Source: a virus. From it: 64,000 bases of DNA. This document shows, in pieces, positions 19,330 to 29,412 of the stretch (position 1 is its first letter; each line of letters begins with the position of its first letter). Below the pieces are notes generated by a model, which did not search any database, was not told where the DNA came from, and was given only the letters and a program-made list of their open reading frames with translations. A program made the translations under genes and the position numbers. The stretch spans positions 21,667-85,666 of the IMG/VR virus record IMGVR_UViG_3300032267_000592. The stretch is one strand, 5' to 3'.

Positions 19330-19982
19330 TACAATTATCAGATTCAGAAAAAATAATATACAATTTATATTTAAAACATTCTAGAAAAGGACAAGGATAC
19401 AGATTAAGGAAGGATTTTTCAGATCTAGACCAAGATATTTGCACGTCTGTTGCAAAAATAACAAAGTTCTTAAACTCATATAGCCACATAGATTGGAATG
19501 AGTTTTTTGAATCATATGGGGAATTACACCCAAATGAAAAATATCCAAATATAAATTTTTTTACATCAAGACTTGCTATTAAAAATTATTCTTTATATAA
19601 AAAACAAAAAGAATCAAGAGATCCAGAAAAACAATTTGATGAGATTAAATCTAGTATGCGTTTTATTGGTTTATTTTGCATAGAAAATAAAATAGAACTG
19701 AAAAAATATTTATTCCATAAAACAGGATATATGTATTCTTGGATGAATCATTATAGAGAACACCGAATAAATCCATATGCATTGATGGAACTTGGTGACA
19801 TTGTATCAATTTTAGACAATATCGAAAGCGATGTTAAAATGTTATTTGCTTCAAATTTGGATAAAAATTTAATTGCATTCAAAACAAGATATCAAAATTC
19901 CGATAAAACTAAAAATTACGTCAAACAATTGACAGCAACAATAGAAAATTTTGTTAAAAAAGAATTGACTAATTCAAAATAA
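19326..19982 (+). CDS. hypothetical protein (possible gp59-like helicase loader)
   Basis: 218-aa basic, Tyr/Phe-rich protein directly upstream of gp32, matching the size and position of T4 gp59. Function is positional inference only. Confidence 0.4.
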   Translation: MIQLSDSEKIIYNLYLKHSRKGQGYRLRKDFSDLDQDICTSVAKITKFLNSYSHIDWNEFFESYGELHPNEKYPNINFFTSRLAIKNYSLYKKQKESRDPEKQFDEIKSSMRFIGLFCIENKIELKKYLFHKTGYMYSWMNHYREHRINPYALMELGDIVSILDNIESDVKMLFASNLDKNLIAFKTRYQNSDKTKNYVKQLTATIENFVKKELTNSK

Positions 19983-20004
19983 TTGATATTCTTTTATAGA
20001 AACT

Positions 20005-20859
20005 ATGAGTAATAAATACAACGAAAGTCTCTTTGATTCGCTCAAAGACGCATTAACAACAAAAACAACAACAGAATCATCATTTAAGGATTTCCTTAAA
20101 TGTGAACCTGATAAGACATACGTGGTACGTCTCTTGCCAAATCTTGAAGATGGTAAGAAGATTAGATTCCATTACTGGCAGCATATTTTTGATAGCTGTG
20201 TAACTGGTAAAAAGATTTCAGTTCTATGTCCGAATACATATGGGGAAAAATGCCCAATCGATGAATATAGATCAAAAGTTTGGGCTTCCAAGAACGAAGC
20301 TTTGATCAATCAATCAAAGCCTCTAAAGAAGACTGAAAAGTGGCTTTATAATGTTTACGTTATCAAGGATCCATCCAACCCTTCAAATGAAGGTCAGGTT
20401 AAAATTCTTAATGCTGGAACTCAGCTACAAAAGGTCATCCAGTCGGCAATCGACGGGGATGATTCACAAGAATTCGGTTTTAGAATTTTTGATCTATCCG
20501 AAAAGGGATGCAATCTTAGGATTAAAGTTGAGAAGAATGACGGTGGTTATCCACAATATACAAGTTCAAAATTTTTATCACCTTCAAAAATCGAAGGACT
20601 AGTAGACGCTGATGATGTATACGAGTCGATCAAGCCACTTGATACAATTTTTCAAAGAAAAACATACAATGAAATTAAAGAGTTGCTGGATGTACACTTC
20701 TTTGGAAAAGAAACCGAACCAACTAATCAAATTGAAGATTCGGATGATGATTATGTAATTGAAAACGTAGTCGAAAATAATACAGATGTCACCAAAAGCG
20801 ATGATGACGCCCTAACAGATCAGGAAAAGAGAATGCAGGATATATTAAAGGATCTTTAA
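20005..20859 (+). CDS. gp32: single-stranded DNA-binding protein (T4 gp32)
   Basis: VVRLLP, H..CP...CP zinc site, NVYVIKDPSNPSNEGQVKI, GCNLRIKV, YTSSKF and an acidic C-terminal tail. Confidence 0.92.
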   Translation: MSNKYNESLFDSLKDALTTKTTTESSFKDFLKCEPDKTYVVRLLPNLEDGKKIRFHYWQHIFDSCVTGKKISVLCPNTYGEKCPIDEYRSKVWASKNEALINQSKPLKKTEKWLYNVYVIKDPSNPSNEGQVKILNAGTQLQKVIQSAIDGDDSQEFGFRIFDLSEKGCNLRIKVEKNDGGYPQYTSSKFLSPSKIEGLVDADDVYESIKPLDTIFQRKTYNEIKELLDVHFFGKETEPTNQIEDSDDDYVIENVVENNTDVTKSDDDALTDQEKRMQDILKDL

Positions 20860-20862
20860 TAT

Positions 20863-21378
20863 ATGATGAATCCAGCTATAGAAAATCTAGAAGCTGCAAA
20901 ATTGGCATCAATGATCGGTTCACAGCTAAAAGCTGTGGACCGATTAGCAATAGATAGACCAAACATACCAGCAAATAGAATAAATATTAACCAATTTGTT
21001 GCATCGGTTACAAATCCAAATATTTTACCATCCAATAAATTCGATAATACTCCTTTCGGCTATGCAAAACCATTACCGGAAGAAATAATTCAACAAATGG
21101 TTCCGGATGCAGTTCCTGCGTATAAACCACCGGAAAACCTTCAATCTATTGGATCGATTAGAATTGAGCCAATTCAAGAAAACACAAATACCGTTCAGAA
21201 TAATGTAAGCGTACAACAACCGCAAAAACACCAAAAAGAAAAACCAGTACATACTACACAGTATAGTAATCTTGAAAATGATATAGGTAGTATTAAAAAT
21301 TCGTTAAAAAATATTAGCAAAACTCTTTCCGATATGTTAGTCTTGTTTAGACAACAGATAAAAGAAGATAATGAGTAA
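20863..21378 (+). CDS. hypothetical protein
   Basis: 171-aa Pro/Gln/Asn-rich ORF with a C-terminal coiled coil, in the operon between gp32 and the clamp. Confidence 0.65.
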   Translation: MMNPAIENLEAAKLASMIGSQLKAVDRLAIDRPNIPANRININQFVASVTNPNILPSNKFDNTPFGYAKPLPEEIIQQMVPDAVPAYKPPENLQSIGSIRIEPIQENTNTVQNNVSVQQPQKHQKEKPVHTTQYSNLENDIGSIKNSLKNISKTLSDMLVLFRQQIKEDNE

Positions 21379-22123
21379 AACGATTAAAATACAAAAAAAT
21401 TCCTTACATAAATTATTAAAACCAGTAAACAGAATAACCGAAAGCTGTGTAATTAGATCAGGTTTAAATAATATCTATACTGTTTGCTCATCCAGCGACA
21501 ATAGTGTTATTTTATATGCTAAGACTGATACATCTGATCAGTTAGACAATGTAAAATTTAATTTAATTAACATTAAAAAATTTTTAAATGGGCTGGACTG
21601 CTTGGGTGATCTTGGTGAATTTAGCATGGTTTATGACACAAACAGCATCACTTGTAATAGTATCGATGACTCTAATGGAGAAAATACATATTTTAAATAT
21701 CATTTAGTGGATGACAATATCATTAAAGAGTCTCCGATTGATGTAGAATATATTGCTACGTTAAAATTTGATACAATTTTTGAAATACCATCTTCAAAAA
21801 TAAAACAAATCATGTCTGCATATTCTTATGTTGATAACGTAAATAAAATTTACTTTTATACGAAGGATGGAAAAGTACATGCGGAAATAAATGATAAAAC
21901 TATGCAAAACATTGATAATGTATCATTAACCGTTTCGTCTAATTACGATGGAGATGAAATATTGATACCACTATCATTGAAAATAGAAATATTTAAAAGT
22001 TTATCTTTAACGAAAAATTCTATAAAGGTTAAATTGAATAATGAACATAAAGTTTTCATATTTCAAACTCAAGAAGATGAGAATACCGAATTAAAATATA
22101 TAATTTCAGCACTTGTTAAATAA
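21371..22123 (+). CDS. gp45: sliding clamp (T4 gp45/PCNA-like)
   Basis: 250 aa with a two-domain beta-rich clamp pattern (VILYAK...IKKFL...LKYIISAL C-terminus), in the replication block. Confidence 0.7.
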   Translation: MSKTIKIQKNSLHKLLKPVNRITESCVIRSGLNNIYTVCSSSDNSVILYAKTDTSDQLDNVKFNLINIKKFLNGLDCLGDLGEFSMVYDTNSITCNSIDDSNGENTYFKYHLVDDNIIKESPIDVEYIATLKFDTIFEIPSSKIKQIMSAYSYVDNVNKIYFYTKDGKVHAEINDKTMQNIDNVSLTVSSNYDGDEILIPLSLKIEIFKSLSLTKNSIKVKLNNEHKVFIFQTQEDENTELKYIISALVK

Positions 22124-22147
22124 AAAAAAATAATAAATTATATATAT

Positions 22148-22465
22148 ATGGCTAAAAATAAATTAACAACATGTAGTTACTTCATAAAAAGACTTAGAGA
22201 TTGTGGTTATGTAACTAATAAAGTATATTCAGATTTCTCAGATTCGGATGCAAGGTCTTGGATGGTTGTGGTTGATCCAAAAGAAACGTCTGTATTTATA
22301 ACATGCTATAATAATTTAAGTTTTTTTGGTGAAGAATTTTTTGAATTACATGATGGAGGTCAATTTATACCTGATCGCTTTAAATTAAAGACAAGTTCTA
22401 TTGAAATTGTCATCGAATATCTATCAAAGTATAACATTAATAACAAGTATTCACGGAATAAATAA
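22148..22465 (+). CDS. hypothetical protein
   Basis: 105-aa ORF co-oriented with its neighbours. Confidence 0.65.
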   Translation: MAKNKLTTCSYFIKRLRDCGYVTNKVYSDFSDSDARSWMVVVDPKETSVFITCYNNLSFFGEEFFELHDGGQFIPDRFKLKTSSIEIVIEYLSKYNINNKYSRNK

Positions 22466-22870
22466 ATGAAAAACAATAAAAAGAGTAAATCATTTAATTG
22501 TGATACAAAGACAAATAATTTATCTACTGCAAATTTAGAAGTTCCCATAAAGTGTAAACTCACTAAAAAAGAAATAGAAGAAACAAATGAAAAAGTTTAC
22601 GAGGCAATAAATAAAATTGAATTGAAAAAAGCATTAGAAACTTATTTAAAACAGCAAAATCAATATAAACAAACCGAAATGAGAGACTTTGGTATTTTAA
22701 AATCTATTATTTCAGAATATCTTGATTCTTTTATTGTTTTTGGGTATAATCTACATGGTGAAAGGGTTATAATTCAAAATTACCCAAGATCAAAAGATCG
22801 AGATGCTATAATGGAGTTTTTAAAAATAATTTTCTTTAAACAACAACAAGACAATTTTTTAGACGATTAA
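22466..22870 (+). CDS. hypothetical protein
   Basis: 134-aa ORF abutting the previous gene. Confidence 0.65.
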   Translation: MKNNKKSKSFNCDTKTNNLSTANLEVPIKCKLTKKEIEETNEKVYEAINKIELKKALETYLKQQNQYKQTEMRDFGILKSIISEYLDSFIVFGYNLHGERVIIQNYPRSKDRDAIMEFLKIIFFKQQQDNFLDD

Positions 22871-22873
22871 AAT

Positions 22874-23887
22874 ATGACAGACGAAGAATTTTATTGTAAA
22901 AGTCCATTATTAAATTCCAGTTTATTTCCAGTTGGAACTGGAAGACTCTTGAATTCCACTTATAGTATATTGCCATTTCTATGTGATTTGTTAAAGGTTG
23001 CAAACGACGAAACCGTAAGTCCCGTTTTAGTCGAACCTCCAGAGTTCGATATTTCTCCATTCGTAGATTTTTCTGGATTAAATGGCGTTGGAGATCCAAG
23101 AGTTTCGCTGGGAGTCACCACAACCGAGACATTAAAACGTTTTTTACCTAGAATTATAACACAGACAGAAGTCCTACAGTCTGGCGGTTCGAGATTAATA
23201 GATACATATATATGCGATCAAGATGGAAATCCAATAAAACAATCAACAACTGTTAATGCGTTAAATTCCACGTCTTACAAATATGGAAATATGAACATCC
23301 CCTTAAATAATCAATCATCGGAAGATTTGATGAAACAATTAACAGGAGAAGAAATTGATAATTTTGTAAACAATTTCATTTTAAATGAAAAACTAAAAGA
23401 CGCCGAAGCTTTTGTTAAATTTATAAAGGCGTATTATCCAAATTGGAGTCCAGAGATAGTAAGTTATGATCAATTGGGAGTATGTGTAGTCAAATTACAA
23501 GATGTAAGCAAAACTAAACAACGATATTTAAAATATTACGATGATGTTAAAAAAAATGTTGCATGTTTACTTGGTAAAAATGAAATAACTATTAATTCAA
23601 ATATAACTACAGTAGATAATAATGGTTTATTGTCTGCATTTTCCGATATAATACCAAATTACATAAATGTAATGTCAGAGAAAGCTTTGCAAGATAAATT
23701 ATACGCTAAGTTAGAAAATCAAAATTCCGCAACCAACACATCATCATATAACCAGATATTTCAACAGTTTAATGATCCGGAATTTAGGAAAAATAATACC
23801 CCTGAAAGTATTAATAAAATAATATCAGATATAACTACCCCCAAAACGACACAAAAAACTTCAACTATAAAAGTTGAAAGTTGTTAA
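22874..23887 (+). CDS. hypothetical protein
   Basis: 337-aa ORF ending the plus-strand block, convergent with the spike gene. Confidence 0.7.
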   Translation: MTDEEFYCKSPLLNSSLFPVGTGRLLNSTYSILPFLCDLLKVANDETVSPVLVEPPEFDISPFVDFSGLNGVGDPRVSLGVTTTETLKRFLPRIITQTEVLQSGGSRLIDTYICDQDGNPIKQSTTVNALNSTSYKYGNMNIPLNNQSSEDLMKQLTGEEIDNFVNNFILNEKLKDAEAFVKFIKAYYPNWSPEIVSYDQLGVCVVKLQDVSKTKQRYLKYYDDVKKNVACLLGKNEITINSNITTVDNNGLLSAFSDIIPNYINVMSEKALQDKLYAKLENQNSATNTSSYNQIFQQFNDPEFRKNNTPESINKIISDITTPKTTQKTSTIKVESC

Positions 23888-25941
23888 TCACAATCAACCG
23901 GATTGAATGTTGGTGGTGGATTCAACGTTCCATCCTCATTAAATTTATAATTTCCAGTTTCTGGTGTTAGATTTACATAGTTTTCACCGTTATATGGATC
24001 GCCTGTAATGTTATAATTTTTATTTCTTTTATTTTTGTAATTAGCAACCCTAGACGAAACAAATGCTGCCCCGCCGCCGCCACAGGATGACAAATCTCCT
24101 AATGATTTAGGTCCGGGTGCCACCCCCATACCCTTTGCTTTTGCGGGAGTTGGTACATGACTTGGGCTTGGTCGAGTTCCCTTAGATGCCGCCGCATTAT
24201 CATGACCATCAAACGCTGGAACTGTATGTTCATGTGAGTGATTATCACCGGGATTTCCATGATTGTGTGGAAAATTATATATCGGTAAACACTCAGGCAC
24301 AACAATTCCGGTCATCGTTCCCGTTGGACCTCCTACAATTACTTTTAATGGAGTATTAGTAAAATAACCCCATGCAAATCCATATCCAGTGGGTAAACCA
24401 CAATTATCAACTGGAACTTTTAACATTGCACTGGAATATGTATTTTTTACTTTTCTTATAACTTCTCGAACATCCAACCATTGAAAAGACAATGTATTAT
24501 ATAATTCATGCCCTATTGCTTTAATCGCAGTATCATATGTATCCAATAATGTCGCCTGTTGGGTTGTTGGATTATTCCAAGTTGCATTAGAATGAACTTG
24601 ATTTGAACTTCCACAGGTCGTTGTATCTAATCTTTCGGATGGACAGTGTAAATGCGTACAATATAATGAACCATCCATCACTATAGACCCTTTTAGTGCT
24701 AAATCTCCCGCAACGCTTAATTTACCACTCACCATTGTATCATCAGAATCAATTCTAACGCCACTATCACCGGAACGATCTTTTGCGTCGATTATTACAT
24801 TTTTACCCTTTAATGTTGTTTTATTATTAGAACATAATGTAAGTTCCCCCTCATTGGCATGAATAGAGGTAACGGAAGAATTTATTTGTGTCTTTCCAGA
24901 TGTATGAATATCTATTCCGGGAGATCCCGCAGTAACAGTTAATTTGTTTGAAACATCAATCATTAAACTTCCGGGGTTTATCAATGGATCAGAATGTATA
25001 GCTTGTTTACAATTTCCTTTAGTTGATAATCTCAAACCATGACTTGCATTTGTAGCACTCACAAACCCAAAAGGTACCGTCGTATGATCTTTTAAAACAA
25101 CAGTAGGTGAATCATTTTTTGCAGTTCCAACTCTCCATACAACATCACCCATGTCAGAATTAACTTTAGACCCACCACTTTCTAATGCCTTTTGATGTTT
25201 AGCCAATTCATCTTTTTTTTCATTTAATTTTTGAGCAGCCTTTTCATTTCCAGCTTGTATTGATGTAATTGGTGATTTAACATTTCCTTTTACACATCCG
25301 GGGCTACCGCAACCTTGACCACCATTTAATGATGCATTAGACGATGTTGATAAAAACGGAACAATCAACATATTAACATATTTTTGTATTTTCCTTAATG
25401 GAAATGGAAAATTTGGAATATGAACTTCCACATAATTAAAAATCTTATCAGATAATTGTTGCGCCCTAGCGGTTAAAAATTTTTGTTTACACGTTGGACA
25501 TGGAATTGGAGTACCTTCTGTTTCTTTTATAGTATCTAATTTAGCTTTATCTATTTCTTTTGTTGTTTGTTGTAATTGTTTAGCTGCTTCGGTGTGTTTT
25601 TTTGACTGTTTACCGTTTTGGACTGTATGATTTCCTTGTATATATTCATGTTTATCGCCACCATAAACATATTGCATATCACCTTTAACCGAAAAAAACA
25701 TATTCTGACCAGCAACTAAACATAAATCAGATGCAGCTTTAATTGTGATGGTGCCACCTATAAATTGAATTAGACTTTTGAATTTATCTTGTAACAAAAC
25801 ATAAGACCTATCATCTGGTATCAATGAACCATGTTCATCAACCTTAATATTCGTTATCATTGATAACACACCAGCTTCGGTTGCAATCGTATTTGATTGT
25901 TGTGATCCATTTTTATCATATTGTGGATGTTTTTGTGGCAT
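23884..25941 (-). CDS. baseplate central spike protein (gp5 C-terminal/VgrG-like beta-helix)
   Basis: Beta-helix-type repeats (VKGDMQYVYGGDKHEYIQGNHTVQNG; VSGKLSVAGDLALKGSIVMDG), His-rich HNHGNPGDNHSHEH and a CPTC...CGSPGC insert; directly downstream of the gp5 OB gene. Confidence 0.7.
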   Translation of the reverse strand: MPQKHPQYDKNGSQQSNTIATEAGVLSMITNIKVDEHGSLIPDDRSYVLLQDKFKSLIQFIGGTITIKAASDLCLVAGQNMFFSVKGDMQYVYGGDKHEYIQGNHTVQNGKQSKKHTEAAKQLQQTTKEIDKAKLDTIKETEGTPIPCPTCKQKFLTARAQQLSDKIFNYVEVHIPNFPFPLRKIQKYVNMLIVPFLSTSSNASLNGGQGCGSPGCVKGNVKSPITSIQAGNEKAAQKLNEKKDELAKHQKALESGGSKVNSDMGDVVWRVGTAKNDSPTVVLKDHTTVPFGFVSATNASHGLRLSTKGNCKQAIHSDPLINPGSLMIDVSNKLTVTAGSPGIDIHTSGKTQINSSVTSIHANEGELTLCSNNKTTLKGKNVIIDAKDRSGDSGVRIDSDDTMVSGKLSVAGDLALKGSIVMDGSLYCTHLHCPSERLDTTTCGSSNQVHSNATWNNPTTQQATLLDTYDTAIKAIGHELYNTLSFQWLDVREVIRKVKNTYSSAMLKVPVDNCGLPTGYGFAWGYFTNTPLKVIVGGPTGTMTGIVVPECLPIYNFPHNHGNPGDNHSHEHTVPAFDGHDNAAASKGTRPSPSHVPTPAKAKGMGVAPGPKSLGDLSSCGGGGAAFVSSRVANYKNKRNKNYNITGDPYNGENYVNLTPETGNYKFNEDGTLNPPPTFNPVDCD

Positions 25942-25980
25942 AATATTATATATAATTATTAAAATTTAAAATAAATCAAA

Positions 25981-27597
25981 TTAAGAAACTGCTAATGTGT
26001 TTGATGGTTCATATGCATTTGCAAAATAAACTGGATTTTGTGGATTTTCCGCTTGAAAAAATACCCAAACTTTAGAACCAATTGCTGGTGTTGAAAAAAA
26101 ACCCATGGGTCCACCCACTCTTCCGGAATTGATAGAACCCGTTGCGGTTATACCCAAAGACGAAATTCTCATTACATTTTGACCACCTCCAGTATCTTGT
26201 TGTGTTAAATTTGTTAAATCCGTTCCAGAAAAAACAGACGCAGCATTTATAGCTGCTACTTTTCTCCATTCATAATTTGCAGTAGCAGCAGTTGCAGTTG
26301 GTAATAAATATCCTTTAGTAAAAGATTCAGCAGCAGTTTCTATGTTTGGTAAATTTTTTAAAGTTTCGAAACCACCGCGTCTTTGACTAGATCCGACAAA
26401 ATATTCTTCTTGGAATAAAGCTTCAACTTGTGTTTGTATTGAAATACCGCCAGATTCTATTGTTTCGGGTGGATTTTTAGATGCGGCATATGATTTCATT
26501 CTATCTAAAATGTCTCGATTTTCTCCAAGTAAACCATAACCAATTCCACCGTCATGAACTGTATTACTATTAAACGATGATTCTTGTGCCATATTACCAA
26601 CTAATGCAGAAGCAACTATATTAGCTTGAACATCGTTAGCTCCTCTTTTTTTTGATTCGGCAAACGCAGTCCTGTATGCAACACCAGCATTTTGTGCTTG
26701 TGCAGAGTTTAATCCTAATGCGGTTTTAATTTTATCAATATTGTTGGCATCAACTGAATTTGGATATATGGGTGCAGTTGAGCCATCATTTATTGCATCT
26801 TTATTATTAATACCATCTGTCAATTGGCGAGTGGGTTGCGTTTGTGCTACATCAACTGCTTCATTTGTGTTATTAGGTGTTGATGAATTTGAAGCCAATG
26901 CGCCACCCTTCCACTGCGAACTAAATGAGTTAAACCAATCCGGTGAACCAGCTAAACCAGAACGCTCAGGACCAAATGTAGTTTTTCCGTTTTTATTGAT
27001 CCCAATGTGTATATGATCACCCTCCCAACCTATTTCAGAAGCAGCACCAGTAGTCGCCCACCATTCTACTATTTTTTGCTGCTCGGTTGGATCTTTGGGC
27101 ATTCTTATATCAATTGCATTACCGGAATAATGTAAACTATTTTGACTATGTTGACCATCGGTTGTACTCGTTATGATCGCATTCGGAAAATAAGAAGCAA
27201 ATGCACCAATTCGATCTTTCATTCCACTAGAAAGACCCTCTGGGTTTACACCACTCTTAAAATTTGCCTTTCCAGTTGCTCCCGAATATGAAAACGCTTG
27301 ATCTGTTGGTATCGGAACCGCTGATCCGGTTGATTCATTTACTGGCGCACCAGTTCCACCACCCCAACATGGAACAGCCGCTTCCGCCCAAGGTAAAACT
27401 GATAATAATCTTTCTTTAACGTCTCCACTAAATACACTATCAGTAAAACTTCTAAATGATATATCTTCTGCCTTTTCGTTCCAGTTTTTATATAGAGTTG
27501 TAGATATGTGGGGTATAAATACTTGAACTCTACCTCTATTTTCAGGATCTTGTGTATTAACAACAATCCCTAAATGATTACCGGATACCTTGTGCAT
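25981..27597 (-). CDS. gp5: gp5 N-terminal OB-fold protein with inserted M15-type peptidase and tail-lysozyme domains
   Basis: OB halves GIVVNTQDPENRGRVQV...LPWA and GFFSTPAIGSKVWVFFQAENPQNPVYFA enclose HYSGNAID...HIH (M15) and GNMAQESSFN...GYGL (lysozyme). Confidence 0.8.
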   Translation of the reverse strand: MHKVSGNHLGIVVNTQDPENRGRVQVFIPHISTTLYKNWNEKAEDISFRSFTDSVFSGDVKERLLSVLPWAEAAVPCWGGGTGAPVNESTGSAVPIPTDQAFSYSGATGKANFKSGVNPEGLSSGMKDRIGAFASYFPNAIITSTTDGQHSQNSLHYSGNAIDIRMPKDPTEQQKIVEWWATTGAASEIGWEGDHIHIGINKNGKTTFGPERSGLAGSPDWFNSFSSQWKGGALASNSSTPNNTNEAVDVAQTQPTRQLTDGINNKDAINDGSTAPIYPNSVDANNIDKIKTALGLNSAQAQNAGVAYRTAFAESKKRGANDVQANIVASALVGNMAQESSFNSNTVHDGGIGYGLLGENRDILDRMKSYAASKNPPETIESGGISIQTQVEALFQEEYFVGSSQRRGGFETLKNLPNIETAAESFTKGYLLPTATAATANYEWRKVAAINAASVFSGTDLTNLTQQDTGGGQNVMRISSLGITATGSINSGRVGGPMGFFSTPAIGSKVWVFFQAENPQNPVYFANAYEPSNTLAVS

Positions 27598-27599
27598 AA

Positions 27600-29354
27600 T
27601 TAATCTTCTTCGGCTTGAACTTCTGGTTTATTTCCATTAAATATTTTACCGACACTTGTTTTAACACTTCCAACGAACTTACCAACGCCATCTGATATTT
27701 CAGATGCAGCTAAAGACGCTTCTTTCGTTTGTTCTCCCAATATTTTAAAATCTTCTTTTAAATTTGCTCCAATATTTCCAGGGGAAATTGGATTACCATA
27801 AACATCTTCTCTATTACTATTATATACATTTGGTCCCAAGGAAGCCTGTGTTTGTGGAAAGAATGAAGCACCCTTTCCATATCTATCATAAATAGCACTT
27901 GCCTTTGTCAATATATTCCCAAGTGGGGTAACACTTGCATACTGTGGTCCAAATTTATCAACTAATGCACCCATTAAATTACCTTGTAATGCTGTTGCAA
28001 CATATGCGTAACCAAAATTTGATAATTGATCGGATAAATAACCGCCCGGATCTTGACCAATTTGATTTACAGTGTCAATAATCTTATTAACTTCTGGTGG
28101 AAAATAAGCAGACACGGTACTAAATGGATTAGAAACTAAAGTAGAAGCACTATTAACAAAATTTTGAGTTATATTTAAATAATTCATTAAAGGTCCGGAC
28201 ATATTGAACAACGATGTAAAAAAGTTTACATCATCCAAAATACACTGCATGGTATCTAATATTAAACATATTAAATCCAATGGTATTATTTTATTTATTG
28301 CATATAAAACCGTCTGTTGTATTTCATTCATTATTCCATTTACATATGCATAAACCTGTTGAACATAAAATATAATACCATTATAAATGTCATTTATTAT
28401 AGCCTGAAAGGTTTCTACTACACCATTTATCGCAGCTACCAATCTACCAACAGAACTAAATGAACCTTTTGGCATTGATAAATACGAACGAGTTCTTATC
28501 ATATTGCAGAATTTTTCTAAATTTTCTACTGCATCTGGATGGATTTTATTCAATAGATTTTCGACTAAACTTGGTGTGTTTTTAGTTGGTCCAGTAATTG
28601 GATTATTCGACATATTATCTGCATTGACTTCGGTTGCTCCCAATTTTCCAACTTCTTCAAAACAACCTTTTTGCCATGCCGGTGTTTTTTTCAATGCTTC
28701 ATGTAATAATGGTTGTTTAGCCATTTTATAAAAATCATTTATAAATGCTTGATCTATTACATATCTTTCATGTCCTTGCGAACTGGAAGATAATGTTTTA
28801 TTATCAAATCCATATACAAGTAAACATAATAACAAGTAATATTTGTTTATGTTCATATCACTAAATTGGTGTTTAATTCTTGCAAGTTCCCCATTAAATA
28901 AATACGGATAAAGGGTTAAATTTGTTTGTTTTTCTAAATCTTTTATTGAAGCTTTTTCTATTTTTTTATCCTTATCTACAACTGGGGTTGCTTTTCTAAC
29001 TTCTGGATTTTCTGCTAATTTCTGTTGTCCGGTTGTTTGGGGGTTTGTTGCAGCATTTGTCGTTGGGTTTACAGTAATTGTTAAATCCGTATTATTAAAT
29101 CCCTTCAATGCTAAATTATTTGCAGCTTCAATGCTATTAAGAGAATTAACTTGTGTCATCACATTAGCAACATTATCAGTCATGCGATTTACTGTAATTT
29201 GTGATGATTCTACAAATAATGGCGTTGAATTATTATTACTAATAACTGCTGTCTGTATTGCTGAACTTTGTAATTTACTTTGTCCAACAAACCCACTAGA
29301 ACCGCTATTCTTTGCTGTCTGTTGATTTAAAAAAATATCTACTTCATTAGCCAT
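27600..29354 (-). CDS. hypothetical virion/baseplate protein
   Basis: Long ORF in the tail operon. Start moved to ATG 29354 (MANEVD) because the longer version would overlap the divergent kinase promoter and gene. Confidence 0.6.
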   Translation of the reverse strand: MANEVDIFLNQQTAKNSGSSGFVGQSKLQSSAIQTAVISNNNSTPLFVESSQITVNRMTDNVANVMTQVNSLNSIEAANNLALKGFNNTDLTITVNPTTNAATNPQTTGQQKLAENPEVRKATPVVDKDKKIEKASIKDLEKQTNLTLYPYLFNGELARIKHQFSDMNINKYYLLLCLLVYGFDNKTLSSSSQGHERYVIDQAFINDFYKMAKQPLLHEALKKTPAWQKGCFEEVGKLGATEVNADNMSNNPITGPTKNTPSLVENLLNKIHPDAVENLEKFCNMIRTRSYLSMPKGSFSSVGRLVAAINGVVETFQAIINDIYNGIIFYVQQVYAYVNGIMNEIQQTVLYAINKIIPLDLICLILDTMQCILDDVNFFTSLFNMSGPLMNYLNITQNFVNSASTLVSNPFSTVSAYFPPEVNKIIDTVNQIGQDPGGYLSDQLSNFGYAYVATALQGNLMGALVDKFGPQYASVTPLGNILTKASAIYDRYGKGASFFPQTQASLGPNVYNSNREDVYGNPISPGNIGANLKEDFKILGEQTKEASLAASEISDGVGKFVGSVKTSVGKIFNGNKPEVQAEED

Positions 29355-29376
29355 ATGTTTATATAAAAACTTATAC

Positions 29377-29405
29377 TTGAATGTCATTTTACCATATGAT
29401 ATAAT
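29377..29405 (+). promoter_or_regulatory. sigma70-type promoter (extended -10) of the dNMP kinase
   Basis: TTGAAT-N17-TATAAT with TG before the -10 box; ends 7 nt before ATG 29413. Confidence 0.65.
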
Positions 29406-29412
29406 TGAATTT

